64,000 nucleotides of DNA from a virus. Positions 19,863 to 28,704 of the stretch are shown piece after piece. Below the pieces are notes generated by a model. That model worked only from the letters and a program-made list of their open reading frames with translations. It was not told the origin of the DNA and searched no databases. The translations under genes were made by a program, and so were the position numbers. Every line of letters starts with the position of its first letter. Positions within the stretch are counted from its first letter, which is position 1. Where the stretch lies: UHGV virus genome UHGV-0148165, one strand, 5' to 3'.

Positions 19863-19875
19863 GGGCTTCGGCCCT
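19862..19875 (+). terminator. UUCG-tetraloop RNA hairpin after rIIB (no T-run; stability element or weak terminator)
   Basis: AGGGC-TTCG-GCCCT immediately after rIIB stop. Confidence 0.4.
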
Positions 19876-19890
19876 TAACTAAGGAAAATT

Positions 19891-20085
19891 ATGTTAGGTT
19901 ATCAAGCACGAGTAAAAGAAGAATACGATCAATTAATGCTCAAAATTAATGCACTGAGCAATTTTTTAGAAAGCGCAAAGTTTCTAACAGTTAGTGCAGT
20001 TGAGCAAGAACTGCTACTTTCACAGTTCATCTCAATGAAATCTTATGCTGAATGTCTAGAGAAAAGAATTGCACAATTCAAATAA
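19891..20085 (+). CDS. hypothetical protein, 64 aa
   Basis: ATG after AAGGAAAATT; flanked by two hairpins. Confidence 0.4.
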   Translation: MLGYQARVKEEYDQLMLKINALSNFLESAKFLTVSAVEQELLLSQFISMKSYAECLEKRIAQFK

Positions 20086-20087
20086 AT

Positions 20088-20110
20088 AAGGGCTTCGGCC
20101 CTTTTGTTTT
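20088..20110 (+). terminator. intrinsic terminator, UUCG hairpin plus T-run
   Basis: AAGGGC-TTCG-GCCCTT followed by TTGTTTT. Confidence 0.55.
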
Positions 20111-20169
20111 AAGAGAAATTATGATTTATTATACGAATATCAGTGATTTCGACATAAAGGAAAGTTTAA

Positions 20170-20727
20170 ATGCAGAAAACAAATCCTGGGTTACAGAGAC
20201 TATTTCAGATTCCGACATTTACCCTATCGAACAGTGACTTGACTAGTGAAATGAAGGTCAAAATTGCTGATACAGCAAGATACTCTTTAAAACAAAACCC
20301 GAACCAGGATAAAGCAGAAGTTATCGAAAGATGCCGTATCGCGGTGTACGCAGAGTTTTTTGTAGCAGATTGGCTAAGCGGGTATGTTAACAAAGGCCAA
20401 GAGGATGTTAATGACCCATATACATACGCATGGGATGTATTGGCGCATCCAAGATACTGCGGGCTTCGTGTAGAAGTTAAGACACATCAAACTGACTCAC
20501 GTTGGATTTCTGTAACAACAGGATGCAGCGGAGAGTATCCATATGGTTCTGGAATAAATCTAGGGCCCATTCTGAATCATCAGGTCGCTGACTGTATAAT
20601 TATATTCAACACTAAAGAAATTCACCCAGGTGTCATTCAGTACACTCCGAAGTTCATTGGTGATAGAGAAGACCTTCGTAAGGTTGTAAGAAAAAGCAAC
20701 TACAACGGATGGTATCTTTCCATTTAA
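20170..20727 (+). CDS. denB: endonuclease IV DenB, 185 aa
   Basis: length matches T4 DenB; position between rIIB and ndd. Confidence 0.75.
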   Translation: MQKTNPGLQRLFQIPTFTLSNSDLTSEMKVKIADTARYSLKQNPNQDKAEVIERCRIAVYAEFFVADWLSGYVNKGQEDVNDPYTYAWDVLAHPRYCGLRVEVKTHQTDSRWISVTTGCSGEYPYGSGINLGPILNHQVADCIIIFNTKEIHPGVIQYTPKFIGDREDLRKVVRKSNYNGWYLSI

Positions 20728-20743
20728 AAATTTTCACAAAACG

Positions 20744-20773
20744 GTTTACATACCACAAGGACTGTGGTACTAT
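20744..20773 (+). promoter_or_regulatory. strong T4 early promoter with AT-rich UP element
   Basis: AAAAATTTTCACAAAACG then GTTTAC 20744-20749, 18-nt spacer, TGG-TACTAT 20768-20773. Confidence 0.6.
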
Positions 20774-20800
20774 ACAACTATCAGCTACGGAGGAGTAAAA

Positions 20801-21064
20801 ATGAAATTTAAATTTTATTACGCTAAACATAAAATTACCGGTGAATTTATTGCATTTACGACTTCAACTACAGATGAAGGAGATATTTTTACTGCAGTAT
20901 TTTTATCAAAATGGGAATCAGATCAACCTTACTTATCATCACGTGAAGATCTCCAACGATTAGTTAATGGAGAATATAATGATTCATGGTCATATTTAGT
21001 CCATGATTGTGTTAAAAAGGCAATAAAACAAAAACACTTGGAAATCGTTGAGATTGAACTATGA
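20801..21064 (+). CDS. hypothetical protein, 87 aa
   Basis: ATG after GGAGGAGTAAAA. Confidence 0.5.
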   Translation: MKFKFYYAKHKITGEFIAFTTSTTDEGDIFTAVFLSKWESDQPYLSSREDLQRLVNGEYNDSWSYLVHDCVKKAIKQKHLEIVEIEL

Positions 21065-21147
21065 GTTCATTATGGTGGTGTTTTGTTTGGTTAATTAGTA
21101 TTCCAGTAATTTGTTTAACATTTACTTTTGTGATGAGGTTATTATGA
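21061..21147 (+). CDS. tiny hydrophobic peptide, 28 aa
   Basis: read manually; ATGA overlap with upstream stop; MSSLWWCFVWLISIPVICLTFTFVMRLL. Confidence 0.3.
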   Translation: MSSLWWCFVWLISIPVICLTFTFVMRLL

Positions 21148-21242
21148 AAATTTTGAATTCTGTACTTATTGCTTGTGCGTGGTGGGTTGTGCAAGTTTCA
21201 GCGGTAGTAGTTGGTATTCACATTTATTACGAATATTTTTAA
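21144..21242 (+). CDS. tiny hydrophobic peptide, 32 aa
   Basis: read manually; start overlaps previous stop; MKILNSVLIACAWWVVQVSAVVVGIHIYYEYF. Confidence 0.3.
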   Translation: MKILNSVLIACAWWVVQVSAVVVGIHIYYEYF

Positions 21243-21248
21243 AAAGTT

Positions 21249-21278
21249 GTTTACAAGACTGTTCTTCCGTGGTACTAT
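21249..21278 (+). promoter_or_regulatory. T4 early-type promoter
   Basis: GTTTAC 21249-21254, 18-nt spacer, TACTAT 21273-21278. Confidence 0.5.
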
Positions 21279-21306
21279 TACCCTATCAACTACGGAGGAA
21301 CAGAAA

Positions 21307-21420
21307 ATGAAAAAGATTGTTAAAGCTATATGGAATGTAGTTATAATACTAATAGTTTTGAGTATATTCCCAATCGTTTTAATGATTGATGTATTAAACG
21401 TTTACTTTGGATTTATGTGA
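21307..21420 (+). CDS. small membrane peptide, 37 aa
   Basis: ATG 21307 after GGAGGAA; track ORF 21211 starts inside the promoter; hydrophobic core VVIILIVLSIFPIVLMI. Confidence 0.35.
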   Translation: MKKIVKAIWNVVIILIVLSIFPIVLMIDVLNVYFGFM

Positions 21421-21427
21421 GGAAAAT

Positions 21428-21625
21428 ATGAAGCGTAAACGCAGTGCTTTTACATTTATTGAATGGTTTTTCGATAATATTTTTCCGGCTTTATTCATTT
21501 TCATGCTGATTTTTGCCTTAGGTTCAGTTGTAGTTGGAATTTATTTGATGACGGTAGTCGGAATGGATATTCATCAAAATGGTTTAAAATCCGTGGTTGA
21601 AACAATTTGGAATGGTGTAAAATGA
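21428..21625 (+). CDS. small membrane protein, 65 aa
   Basis: ATG 21428 after GAGGAAAAT; hydrophobic segment FPALFIFMLIFALGSVVVGIYLMTVV. Confidence 0.4.
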   Translation: MKRKRSAFTFIEWFFDNIFPALFIFMLIFALGSVVVGIYLMTVVGMDIHQNGLKSVVETIWNGVK

Positions 21626-21732
21626 TGAATTTGCTGAGTGGTTGGTTTTATATTCTTATGTTTTACATTGGTGCAAATTTCCCATATTGGATGGGATGGT
21701 CAACAACTGCATTTGGATTTTATACTCCTTGA
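21622..21732 (+). CDS. tiny hydrophobic peptide, 36 aa
   Basis: read manually; ATGA overlap; aromatic-rich MMNLLSGWFYILMFYIGANFPYWMGW. Confidence 0.3.
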   Translation: MMNLLSGWFYILMFYIGANFPYWMGWSTTAFGFYTP

Positions 21733-21740
21733 GGTGAATT

Positions 21741-21956
21741 ATGAAAAGTTTTAAAGATGTAAAAGTTGGTGAAATTTTTTGTTTAGATAACGGTGATCAG
21801 TTAATTCGTATTTCACCTCTTAAGAGCACTAGCGAGAAAATGACAGTTAACGCTACTTTAGAAAATAATAGTAATGAACGTTTCTGTATTGAAAATGATA
21901 CTGAAACTTATACCGTAGAAGAATTCTGGGAATTGAGCGTCGACTGCGACGATTAA
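21741..21956 (+). CDS. hypothetical protein, 71 aa
   Basis: ATG after GAGGTGAATT. Confidence 0.45.
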   Translation: MKSFKDVKVGEIFCLDNGDQLIRISPLKSTSEKMTVNATLENNSNERFCIENDTETYTVEEFWELSVDCDD

Positions 21957-22016
21957 TTTATCGGCCGTGTGTATTCATACGGCCTTGGAGTAGAAAATAA
22001 TTTAGAGGAAATTAAT

Positions 22017-22472
22017 ATGAAATATATGACTGTTACTGATCTGAATAATGCAGGCGCAACTGTTATTGGTACAATCAAGGGTGGTGAGTGGTTTTTGGGA
22101 ACTCCGCACAAAGACATTTTGTCTAAACCTGGATTTTACTTTTTAGTGAGTAAACTCGGTGGTCCATTTAGTAGTCCATGCGTATCTGCACGATTTTATG
22201 TAGGTAATCAGCGTTCTAAGCAAGGATTCAGTGCGGTTTTAAGTCATATTCGTCAACGCCGGTCTCAGCTTGCGCGTACTATTGCAAATAACAATGTTCC
22301 ATACACAGTATTTTATCTGCCTGCTTCTAAGATGAAACCTCTGACGACAGGATTTGGAAAAGGTCAGTTAGCTTTGGCGTTTACTCGTAATCATCATTCT
22401 GAGTATCAAACACTTGAAGAAATGAACCGCATGTTGGCTGATAACTTTAAATTCGTTTTGCAGGCATATTAA
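22017..22472 (+). CDS. ndd: nucleoid disruption protein Ndd, 151 aa
   Basis: 151 aa from ATG 22017 (track ORF starts at upstream alternative start); position next to stp/ac as in T4. Confidence 0.65.
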
Positions 22473-22552
22473 TGAGTAATTTCCACAACGAACACGTGAT
22501 GCAGTTCTATCGTAACAATCTTAAAACCAAAGGCGTCTTCGGACGCCAGTGA
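22472..22552 (+). CDS. stp: Stp peptide, 26 aa
   Basis: read manually; [26 protein letters not shown]; TAATG overlap with ndd stop; 3' end folds as UUCG hairpin. Confidence 0.6.
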
Positions 22553-22559
22553 GGAAAAT

Positions 22560-22718
22560 ATGAATATCGCAAAATTATTAGGAGTTATTTCATTTATTTG
22601 TTGGATAGTAGCATGTGTTTTAACTATCTGTATTGATGCCAGCAGTGTGTTTTCGCAAGCTTTAGCTCAGGGTATGTGTGCATATTTAACATTTGTGTTG
22701 TTATCTACTAATGATTAA
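22560..22718 (+). CDS. ac: small membrane protein, 52 aa (ac-type)
   Basis: read manually; ATG after GAGGAAAAT; hydrophobic MNIAKLLGVISFICWIVACVLTICID. Confidence 0.5.
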   Translation: MNIAKLLGVISFICWIVACVLTICIDASSVFSQALAQGMCAYLTFVLLSTND

Positions 22719-22851
22719 GAAAATCTTGGGCTATTCATTAGCCCTTGCTATTTTATTGATAGCATTATATTACGGAATAATGTTCGGATTAATTCAAGTC
22801 GTGCTTTTCATTTCTGATGTTATTATGGCACTACATTCACTAGTATGGTAA
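22711..22851 (+). CDS. small membrane peptide, 46 aa
   Basis: read manually; start overlaps ac stop; stop 4 nt before gene 52 ATG. Confidence 0.35.
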   Translation: MIKKILGYSLALAILLIALYYGIMFGLIQVVLFISDVIMALHSLVW

Positions 22852-22855
22852 ATTT

Positions 22856-24184
22856 ATGCAACTGAATAATCGTGATTTAAAAAGTATCATTGATAATGAA
22901 GCATTGGCTTATGCTATGTACACGGTTGAAAATCGTGCCATTCCAAATATGATTGACGGATTTAAGCCAGTTCAACGATTTGTTATTGCTCGAGCTCTTG
23001 ATTTGGCACGAGGAAATAAAGATAAGTTTCACAAACTCGCTTCTATCGCAGGCGGTGTAGCGGACCTTGGATATCATCATGGTGAAAACTCTGCGCAAGA
23101 CGCAGGTGCTTTGATGGCTAACACTTGGAATAATAACTTTCCTCTGTTAGACGGTCAAGGAAACTTTGGTTCTCGTACTGTCCAAAAGGCAGCAGCAAGT
23201 CGTTATATTTTTGCTCGTGTAAGTAAAAATTTCTATAACGTATATAAAGATACTGAATATGCTCCAGTACATCAAGATAAAGAACACATTCCGCCTGCTT
23301 TCTATTTGCCTATTATTCCTACTGTTCTTCTTAATGGCGTTTCCGGTATTGCAACTGGTTATGCAACTTACATTCTTCCTCATAGTGTTTCTTCTGTCAA
23401 GAAAGCTGTACTGCAAGCTCTTCAAGGAAAGAAAGTAACTAAACCGAAGGTAGAATTCCCAGAATTTCGTGGTGAAGTCGTTGAAATTGATGGGCAATAT
23501 GAAATTCGTGGAACATATAAGTTTACTTCACGAACTCAAATGCATATCACTGAGATTCCGTATAAGTATGATCGTGAAACTTACGTGAGTAAAATCTTAG
23601 ACCCGCTTGAAGATAAAGGCTTCATTACATGGGATGATGCTTGCGGTGAGCATGGTTTTGGCTTTAAAATTAAATTCCGCAAAGAATACTCTTTGAGCGA
23701 TAATGAAGAAGAACGCCATGCAAAAATTATGAAAGACTTCGGGTTGATTGAGCGTCGTTCTCAGAATATTACGGTTATTAATGAAAAAGGAAAGCTACAA
23801 GTTTACGATAACGTAGTTGATTTAATTAAAGACTTCGTTGAAGTTCGTAAAACTTATGTCCAAAAACGAATTGATAACAAAATTAAAGAAACTGAGTCAG
23901 CTTTTCGTTTAGCCTTTGCCAAGGCACATTTCATTAAGAAAGTAATTTCAGGTGAAATCGTTGTGCAGGGTAAAACTCGTAAAGAACTGACCGAAGAACT
24001 TTCGAAAATCGATATGTATTCTTCTTATGTTGATAAACTAGTTGGAATGAATATTTTTCACATGACTTCTGATGAAGCAAAGAAACTTGCTGAAGAAGCT
24101 AAAGCCAAAAAAGAAGAAAACGAATATTGGAAAACTACTGATGTAGTTACAGAATACACCAAAGATTTAGAGGAAATCAAATGA
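22856..24184 (+). CDS. 52: DNA topoisomerase II medium subunit gp52, GyrA-like, 442 aa
   Basis: length identical to T4 gp52; GyrA-like N-terminal region. Confidence 0.9.
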   Translation: MQLNNRDLKSIIDNEALAYAMYTVENRAIPNMIDGFKPVQRFVIARALDLARGNKDKFHKLASIAGGVADLGYHHGENSAQDAGALMANTWNNNFPLLDGQGNFGSRTVQKAAASRYIFARVSKNFYNVYKDTEYAPVHQDKEHIPPAFYLPIIPTVLLNGVSGIATGYATYILPHSVSSVKKAVLQALQGKKVTKPKVEFPEFRGEVVEIDGQYEIRGTYKFTSRTQMHITEIPYKYDRETYVSKILDPLEDKGFITWDDACGEHGFGFKIKFRKEYSLSDNEEERHAKIMKDFGLIERRSQNITVINEKGKLQVYDNVVDLIKDFVEVRKTYVQKRIDNKIKETESAFRLAFAKAHFIKKVISGEIVVQGKTRKELTEELSKIDMYSSYVDKLVGMNIFHMTSDEAKKLAEEAKAKKEENEYWKTTDVVTEYTKDLEEIK

Positions 24185-24330
24185 GTCCATTCATTGGTAT
24201 CACAAGCGCTGCATTAGTATCTGGTGGCATTTTACTGGCGGGTTTAGGTGTTGTTCCTGCCGTAGCAGGAGGTCTTCTTGCGTTCGGAATTCAACGTGTT
24301 ATCATGACAGTTATCACAGTCATGCAGTAA
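24181..24330 (+). CDS. small Gly/Ala-rich membrane protein, 49 aa
   Basis: read manually; ATGA overlap with gene 52 stop; followed by strong terminator. Confidence 0.4.
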   Translation: MSPFIGITSAALVSGGILLAGLGVVPAVAGGLLAFGIQRVIMTVITVMQ

Positions 24331-24335
24331 TTTTA

Positions 24336-24360
24336 GGGAGAGCCGAGGCTCTCCCTTTTT
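24336..24360 (+). terminator. intrinsic terminator
   Basis: GGGAGAGCC-GA-GGCTCTCCC stem followed by TTTTT. Confidence 0.7.
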
Positions 24361-24385
24361 ATTTTAAAAATTTTTTCACAAAACG

Positions 24386-24415
24386 GTTTACAACCAAAGC
24401 ATACTGTGGTACTAT
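24386..24415 (+). promoter_or_regulatory. strong T4 early promoter with UP element, upstream of motA
   Basis: AAAAATTTTTTCACAAAACG then GTTTAC 24386-24391, 18-nt spacer, TGG-TACTAT 24410-24415. Confidence 0.6.
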
Positions 24416-24456
24416 ACAACTATCAACTACTGATACAGAATTACGGAGATTAGAAA

Positions 24457-25092
24457 ATGTCTAAAGTAACTTACATCATCAAAGCTTCTAACGATGTTCT
24501 GAATGAAAAAACTGCTGCGATTTTAATTACCATTGCTAAGAAAGATTTCATTACAGCTGCAGAAGTTCGTGAGGTGCATCCAGATTTAGGTAACGCAGTA
24601 GTTAATAGTAATATTGGGGTATTGATTAAAAAAGGCCTGGTGGAGAAATCTGGTGATGGATTAATCATTACAGGTGAAGCTCAGGATATTATTTCAAATG
24701 CAGCAACTTTATACGCACAGGAAAACGCTCCGGAACTGCTGAAAAAACGAGCAACTCGTAAAGCTCGCGAAATTACTTCCGATATGGAAGAAGATAAAGA
24801 CTTCATGTTAAAACTTTTAGATGAAAATGGATTTGTTCTTAAAAAGGTTGAAACTTATCGTAGTAACTATCTCGCTATTTTAGAAAAACGTACTCACGGA
24901 ATTCGTAATTTTGAAATTAACAACAATGGAAATATGCGAATTTTTGGATACAAAATGATGGAACATCATATTCAGAAATTTACTGACATCGGAATGTCAT
25001 GTAAAATCGCTAAAAACGGTAATGTGTATCTTGACATTAAACGCTCGGCAGAAAACATTGAAGCTGTAATCACTGTAGCATCTGAACTATGA
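24457..25092 (+). CDS. motA: MotA middle-transcription activator, 211 aa
   Basis: length identical to T4 MotA; position between 52 and asiA. Confidence 0.85.
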   Translation: MSKVTYIIKASNDVLNEKTAAILITIAKKDFITAAEVREVHPDLGNAVVNSNIGVLIKKGLVEKSGDGLIITGEAQDIISNAATLYAQENAPELLKKRATRKAREITSDMEEDKDFMLKLLDENGFVLKKVETYRSNYLAILEKRTHGIRNFEINNNGNMRIFGYKMMEHHIQKFTDIGMSCKIAKNGNVYLDIKRSAENIEAVITVASEL

Positions 25093-25102
25093 GGAATAAA
25101 TA

Positions 25103-25432
25103 ATGAACAAGTTAGAAATTGTCAATGAACTTCGTCGTTGTGCAGAACCTACTCAAGAGGGTTGGGATATTTGGTACCATGGAGCTTATCTTGGAACTAT
25201 TGTAAAGATTAAGACTGGTAAATACATGATTATTCGTGAAAGTAAAGATGCTCCAGTAGGTATTCGCAATAATTTTATGGCAGCGATAAGTTCATTTACA
25301 GATGCAGCTTACGAAATTTACCTTGCTGATTATAAAGAATTCCAGGAATCTCAACCGGTTATTCGCTCAATTGGTGTTAACAAAGCTCAACAGAAAACTT
25401 TGTGGCAACGTATTAAAGGATGGTTTAAATGA
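25103..25432 (+). CDS. hypothetical protein, 109 aa
   Basis: ATG after GAGGAATAAATA. Confidence 0.5.
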   Translation: MNKLEIVNELRRCAEPTQEGWDIWYHGAYLGTIVKIKTGKYMIIRESKDAPVGIRNNFMAAISSFTDAAYEIYLADYKEFQESQPVIRSIGVNKAQQKTLWQRIKGWFK

Positions 25433-25890
25433 ACCCATTTATTAATCGTTTAAAAATGCTGAATGTTCCTTTATCTCGTGAAACTCCAGAAAGTCTTGTT
25501 GAAAAATTTAAAGCGCATGGTTATAAATGCACAGAAGAAGATATTCTGAAAGAAGTTCCTGAAATCTGTTGGCAGACCGCATACTGGGATGAAAACCAAA
25601 AGTATCAACGACGAATTGTTTGTGCCGCCAACCGTTTTAAATTAAAAGATGGACGAACTCTTGTTATTCCAGGTGCTCGTCATTATTCTAAAGATATGGC
25701 AGAAGTTTTAGATGTAGTTAAACCCCAATTAGTTACTCAGCAAGTTTGTGATGATGACCAAGGATTTATTGACCAATATAGTAATTATTGGACACGTGAA
25801 GAAGCAATGATTATTGCAACTTACGCTGGACAAGTACGTATTGAACGTGGTGGTAGTGAAAAAGAACTTTACTCTGAGGACCTTTACTAA
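25429..25890 (+). CDS. hypothetical protein, 153 aa
   Basis: start overlaps upstream stop. Confidence 0.5.
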   Translation: MNPFINRLKMLNVPLSRETPESLVEKFKAHGYKCTEEDILKEVPEICWQTAYWDENQKYQRRIVCAANRFKLKDGRTLVIPGARHYSKDMAEVLDVVKPQLVTQQVCDDDQGFIDQYSNYWTREEAMIIATYAGQVRIERGGSEKELYSEDLY

Positions 25891-26186
25891 TGAATATTAA
25901 AAAATTTCAAATTGATGGAATTACGAATCAAATTAAGGCATTGGAATATGCTAACAAAATGATGTCAACTAATTGGGGAATTTATACCAATGAGCCGGGA
26001 TTTAAGTTCTGTGATATGGAATTCACTAAAAAGCTTGTAGGAAAAGATTATGTGTGCCCATTTAGTTCTCCAGTAAATGGAATACTAAAACCCACTTTAC
26101 GCGATCTTTATATTGCGATGAACGAAGAAATGATAAAAGAACTAAAACGTCAACTGAAGGTGATTCAATTTGGCCAGGGAAATTAA
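25890..26186 (+). CDS. hypothetical protein, 98 aa
   Basis: start overlaps upstream stop. Confidence 0.45.
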   Translation: MNIKKFQIDGITNQIKALEYANKMMSTNWGIYTNEPGFKFCDMEFTKKLVGKDYVCPFSSPVNGILKPTLRDLYIAMNEEMIKELKRQLKVIQFGQGN

Positions 26187-26388
26187 TTCAAAATCCGATT
26201 ATTTTAATTCTCTCAATGATAAAGATAAAAATCTAATACGGCATTTTATTGTTGAGATGGGATATACCGATACACGCGATTTAAGAGAACATATATTTGA
26301 ATGTGGTGTAGCTAAAAAGTTTTCATTCACATGCAAATGTTTAAGAGAGGTAATTCAGCACTATGAACAATTTAGTCGCAAAGCATAA
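26170..26388 (+). CDS. hypothetical protein, 72 aa
   Basis: complete ORF; overlaps previous ORF by 17 nt. Confidence 0.4.
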   Translation: MAREINSKSDYFNSLNDKDKNLIRHFIVEMGYTDTRDLREHIFECGVAKKFSFTCKCLREVIQHYEQFSRKA

Positions 26389-26471
26389 TTTTAATAAAGC
26401 TTCTGTCCATAAAGATAAGAAGAAAGCGTTTAAAGAATCTAATCGCAAACAGAAACATAAGGGGAAGGTCT

Positions 26472-26750
26472 ATGATTATTGATTCTCAATCTGTGGTTCA
26501 ATACACAATCAAAATTGATATTCTAGAAAAGCTATATAAGTTTCTACCAAACCTATACCATTCAATTGTCAATGAATTAGTTGAAGAGTTACATCTTGAG
26601 AATAATGATTTCTTGATTGGAACTTATAAAGACCTCTCAAAAGCAGGATATTTTTACGTAATTCCAGCTCCAGGAAAAAGTATTGATGATGTATTAGAAA
26701 CTATAATGATTTATGTCCATGATTACGAAATTGAAGATTATTTCGAATGA
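26472..26750 (+). CDS. arn: Arn-like acidic protein, 92 aa (anti-restriction, McrBC inhibitor in T4)
   Basis: 92 aa, strongly acidic, located just upstream of asiA as in T4; assignment from memory. Confidence 0.5.
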   Translation: MIIDSQSVVQYTIKIDILEKLYKFLPNLYHSIVNELVEELHLENNDFLIGTYKDLSKAGYFYVIPAPGKSIDDVLETIMIYVHDYEIEDYFE

Positions 26751-26899
26751 GTCATAATCTTGAAAAGGTAATCGAGCATAATGTAGCTCAGGAACGCGAG
26801 TCGTTCAAGGAATTCGTAGAAAAAATTTTTGAAGAAAATAACACAGACCAGTTTACAAATCAAGCGTCTGATGATATTATAACAAAGTCAACTAATTGA
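26747..26899 (+). CDS. small acidic hypothetical protein, 50 aa
   Basis: read manually; ATGA overlap with arn stop. Confidence 0.3.
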   Translation: MSHNLEKVIEHNVAQERESFKEFVEKIFEENNTDQFTNQASDDIITKSTN

Positions 26900-26911
26900 G
26901 TGGTATAGTTA

Positions 26912-27184
26912 ATGAATAAAAACATTGATACAGTTCGTGAAATTATTACTGTTGCATCTATTTTGATTAAATTTTCCAGAGAAGATATTGTTGAGAATCG
27001 TGCTAATTTTATTGCATTTCTTAATGAGATTGGAGTAACGCATGAAGGTAGAAAGTTAAATCAGAATTCATTTCGTAAAATTGTTTCTGAATTAACTCAA
27101 GAAGATAAGAAAACCCTCATCGATGAATTCAACGAGGGTTTTGAGGGTGTATATCGATATCTAGAAATGTATACGAACAAATAA
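26912..27184 (+). CDS. asiA: anti-sigma70 factor AsiA, 90 aa
   Basis: MNKNIDTVREIITVASILIKFSREDIVENRANFIAFLNEIG... matches T4 AsiA as recalled. Confidence 0.85.
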   Translation: MNKNIDTVREIITVASILIKFSREDIVENRANFIAFLNEIGVTHEGRKLNQNSFRKIVSELTQEDKKTLIDEFNEGFEGVYRYLEMYTNK

Positions 27185-27841
27185 TTATTTAGCCCTTCCT
27201 AATATTCTGGCCGCCTGAGCACATATTGATTCAAGGCGGTCATTACTTATATGATCATTTCTATACCAGTACATGGTTATCGTTCCAGCATAGATATTAT
27301 CCAAATTAAAATATGGACAACTGTACATGTAGTTTATTTCGGGAGTAGGCTTTTTAGTTGGTAAAAAAGCAAATTTTGAGTCGGAATAATAATGACGTCC
27401 ATTTAAATGAACTGTATATTCATCCATAGTTTTATCAACAGGATATCCTCCAAGTGATTTTTCACTTATTGTTGAAGGTAATTTTCCTTCATATGCTATA
27501 ATATCAACAAAATAGTTTAAGTTTTTAGGGCGGAAAGAATACACCGCACTAAAGTCTGCCTCAGATGATATGTGAACTATCTGGAGTTGTTCCAGGGCGA
27601 CAGATTCAAAGCGTGCATTTCTTTCCTTTTCAATAATTTCACTGTATGTTTCATACTTTGATTGCTTATAGTACTCAAAGAAACTATCTCCCCTATACCA
27701 AACAATCGCCATCATAAACAAAAGAATTACGACAGCTACCCGGGAAGCAAGAACTTTCCCGGTAGCGTTATCTTTGAACAAGCGATCTAGAACACCAAAT
27801 AGAATATCAGAGGGCGAAAATGATATTCTAGGTGCTGCCAT
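27185..27841 (-). CDS. t: holin T, 218 aa
   Basis: length identical to T4 holin; N-terminal TM segment VAVVILLFMMAIVWY; convergent with asiA. Confidence 0.85.
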   Translation of the reverse strand: MAAPRISFSPSDILFGVLDRLFKDNATGKVLASRVAVVILLFMMAIVWYRGDSFFEYYKQSKYETYSEIIEKERNARFESVALEQLQIVHISSEADFSAVYSFRPKNLNYFVDIIAYEGKLPSTISEKSLGGYPVDKTMDEYTVHLNGRHYYSDSKFAFLPTKKPTPEINYMYSCPYFNLDNIYAGTITMYWYRNDHISNDRLESICAQAARILGRAK

Positions 27842-27872
27842 AGACCCTCCTTTTAGGGGTATTTATTCAAAA

Positions 27873-28670
27873 TTATACTCTTGGACCATATATTACTCCA
27901 ACATTTTGCCAAGTTGGAGCAGATCCTATGACAGCATAACCTGCTGCTCCTCCTGCACCAACCTTTAGAACTTTACCACCATCAGACCAGGCATTTTGTC
28001 CATTTCCTCCGGCATCGCCGCCCTGGCCAGAGTGAGCATTTCCGTATTGGTAACCACCTCCTGGGGCGACGTATGAAGCTGCGCCACCTGAGTAACCACC
28101 GCCACCACCTGGGCCAAATGGTCTTCCGCCACCACCACCAATATCTTGCCAGCGTGCCCCTGAGTGAACACGGTAAGCAATGCCGCCACCACCGCCTCCG
28201 CCACCACAGATTACTCCACCATTGTTAATTCTTAATCGTCCACCAATGTCGTTTTGAATACAATGCCCGCCTTGTTGTCCATTACCATCTCCACCGAAAT
28301 GAGTCCATCCACCTTGTCCACCTCTACCCCACATATGAGCGCCAATAATATTTAACTGAACATATTCATTTGGTGTATCTCCGTACATGAAGAATAAAGG
28401 AACATCTTTAGAATATGATACTAAATCACCTGTAATATTAAACACTATAGGTGCATTACCTGCCTCAAAACATCTATCTCGGAACCATTGACCATTGAAG
28501 TTATGGTCTGCTCCAAGCGTGTGAATAATTTCTCGTGAGCGACCTGCAAATTGACTCATCCAGCAAGGAACACCCAATCTTAATTGACCAGCCGCTTGAC
28601 TCATCCATCGTTGTCCTGTTTCATTTACGGATGAACTACCAATCCAGCCAGGAACTCCAACTACTGCCAT
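27873..28670 (-). CDS. 38: long tail fibre tip adhesin gp38, T2-type, with glycine-rich motifs, 265 aa
   Basis: poly-Gly tracts (GGGGGGGG, GGGGG) between variable segments; N-terminus [13 protein letters not shown]...; downstream of gene 37. Confidence 0.8.
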   Translation of the reverse strand: MAVVGVPGWIGSSSVNETGQRWMSQAAGQLRLGVPCWMSQFAGRSREIIHTLGADHNFNGQWFRDRCFEAGNAPIVFNITGDLVSYSKDVPLFFMYGDTPNEYVQLNIIGAHMWGRGGQGGWTHFGGDGNGQQGGHCIQNDIGGRLRINNGGVICGGGGGGGGIAYRVHSGARWQDIGGGGGRPFGPGGGGGYSGGAASYVAPGGGYQYGNAHSGQGGDAGGNGQNAWSDGGKVLKVGAGGAAGYAVIGSAPTWQNVGVIYGPRV

Positions 28671-28704
28671 AATTTATCTCCAAAGGGGGCGTTGCCCCTT
28701 GTTG

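Noticed and set aside
20052-20237. 61-aa plus-strand ORF between rIIB-region ORF and denB
   Set aside because: Its 5' part runs through the terminator hairpin at 20088-20110 and its 3' part overlaps the denB start by 68 nt in another frame; most likely spurious.
27965-28207. 80-aa minus-strand ORF and a 64-aa plus-strand ORF (27774-27968) in the gp38/holin region
   Set aside because: Alternate-frame readings of the GC-rich glycine-codon repeats of gene 38 and of the holin gene; no independent start signals.
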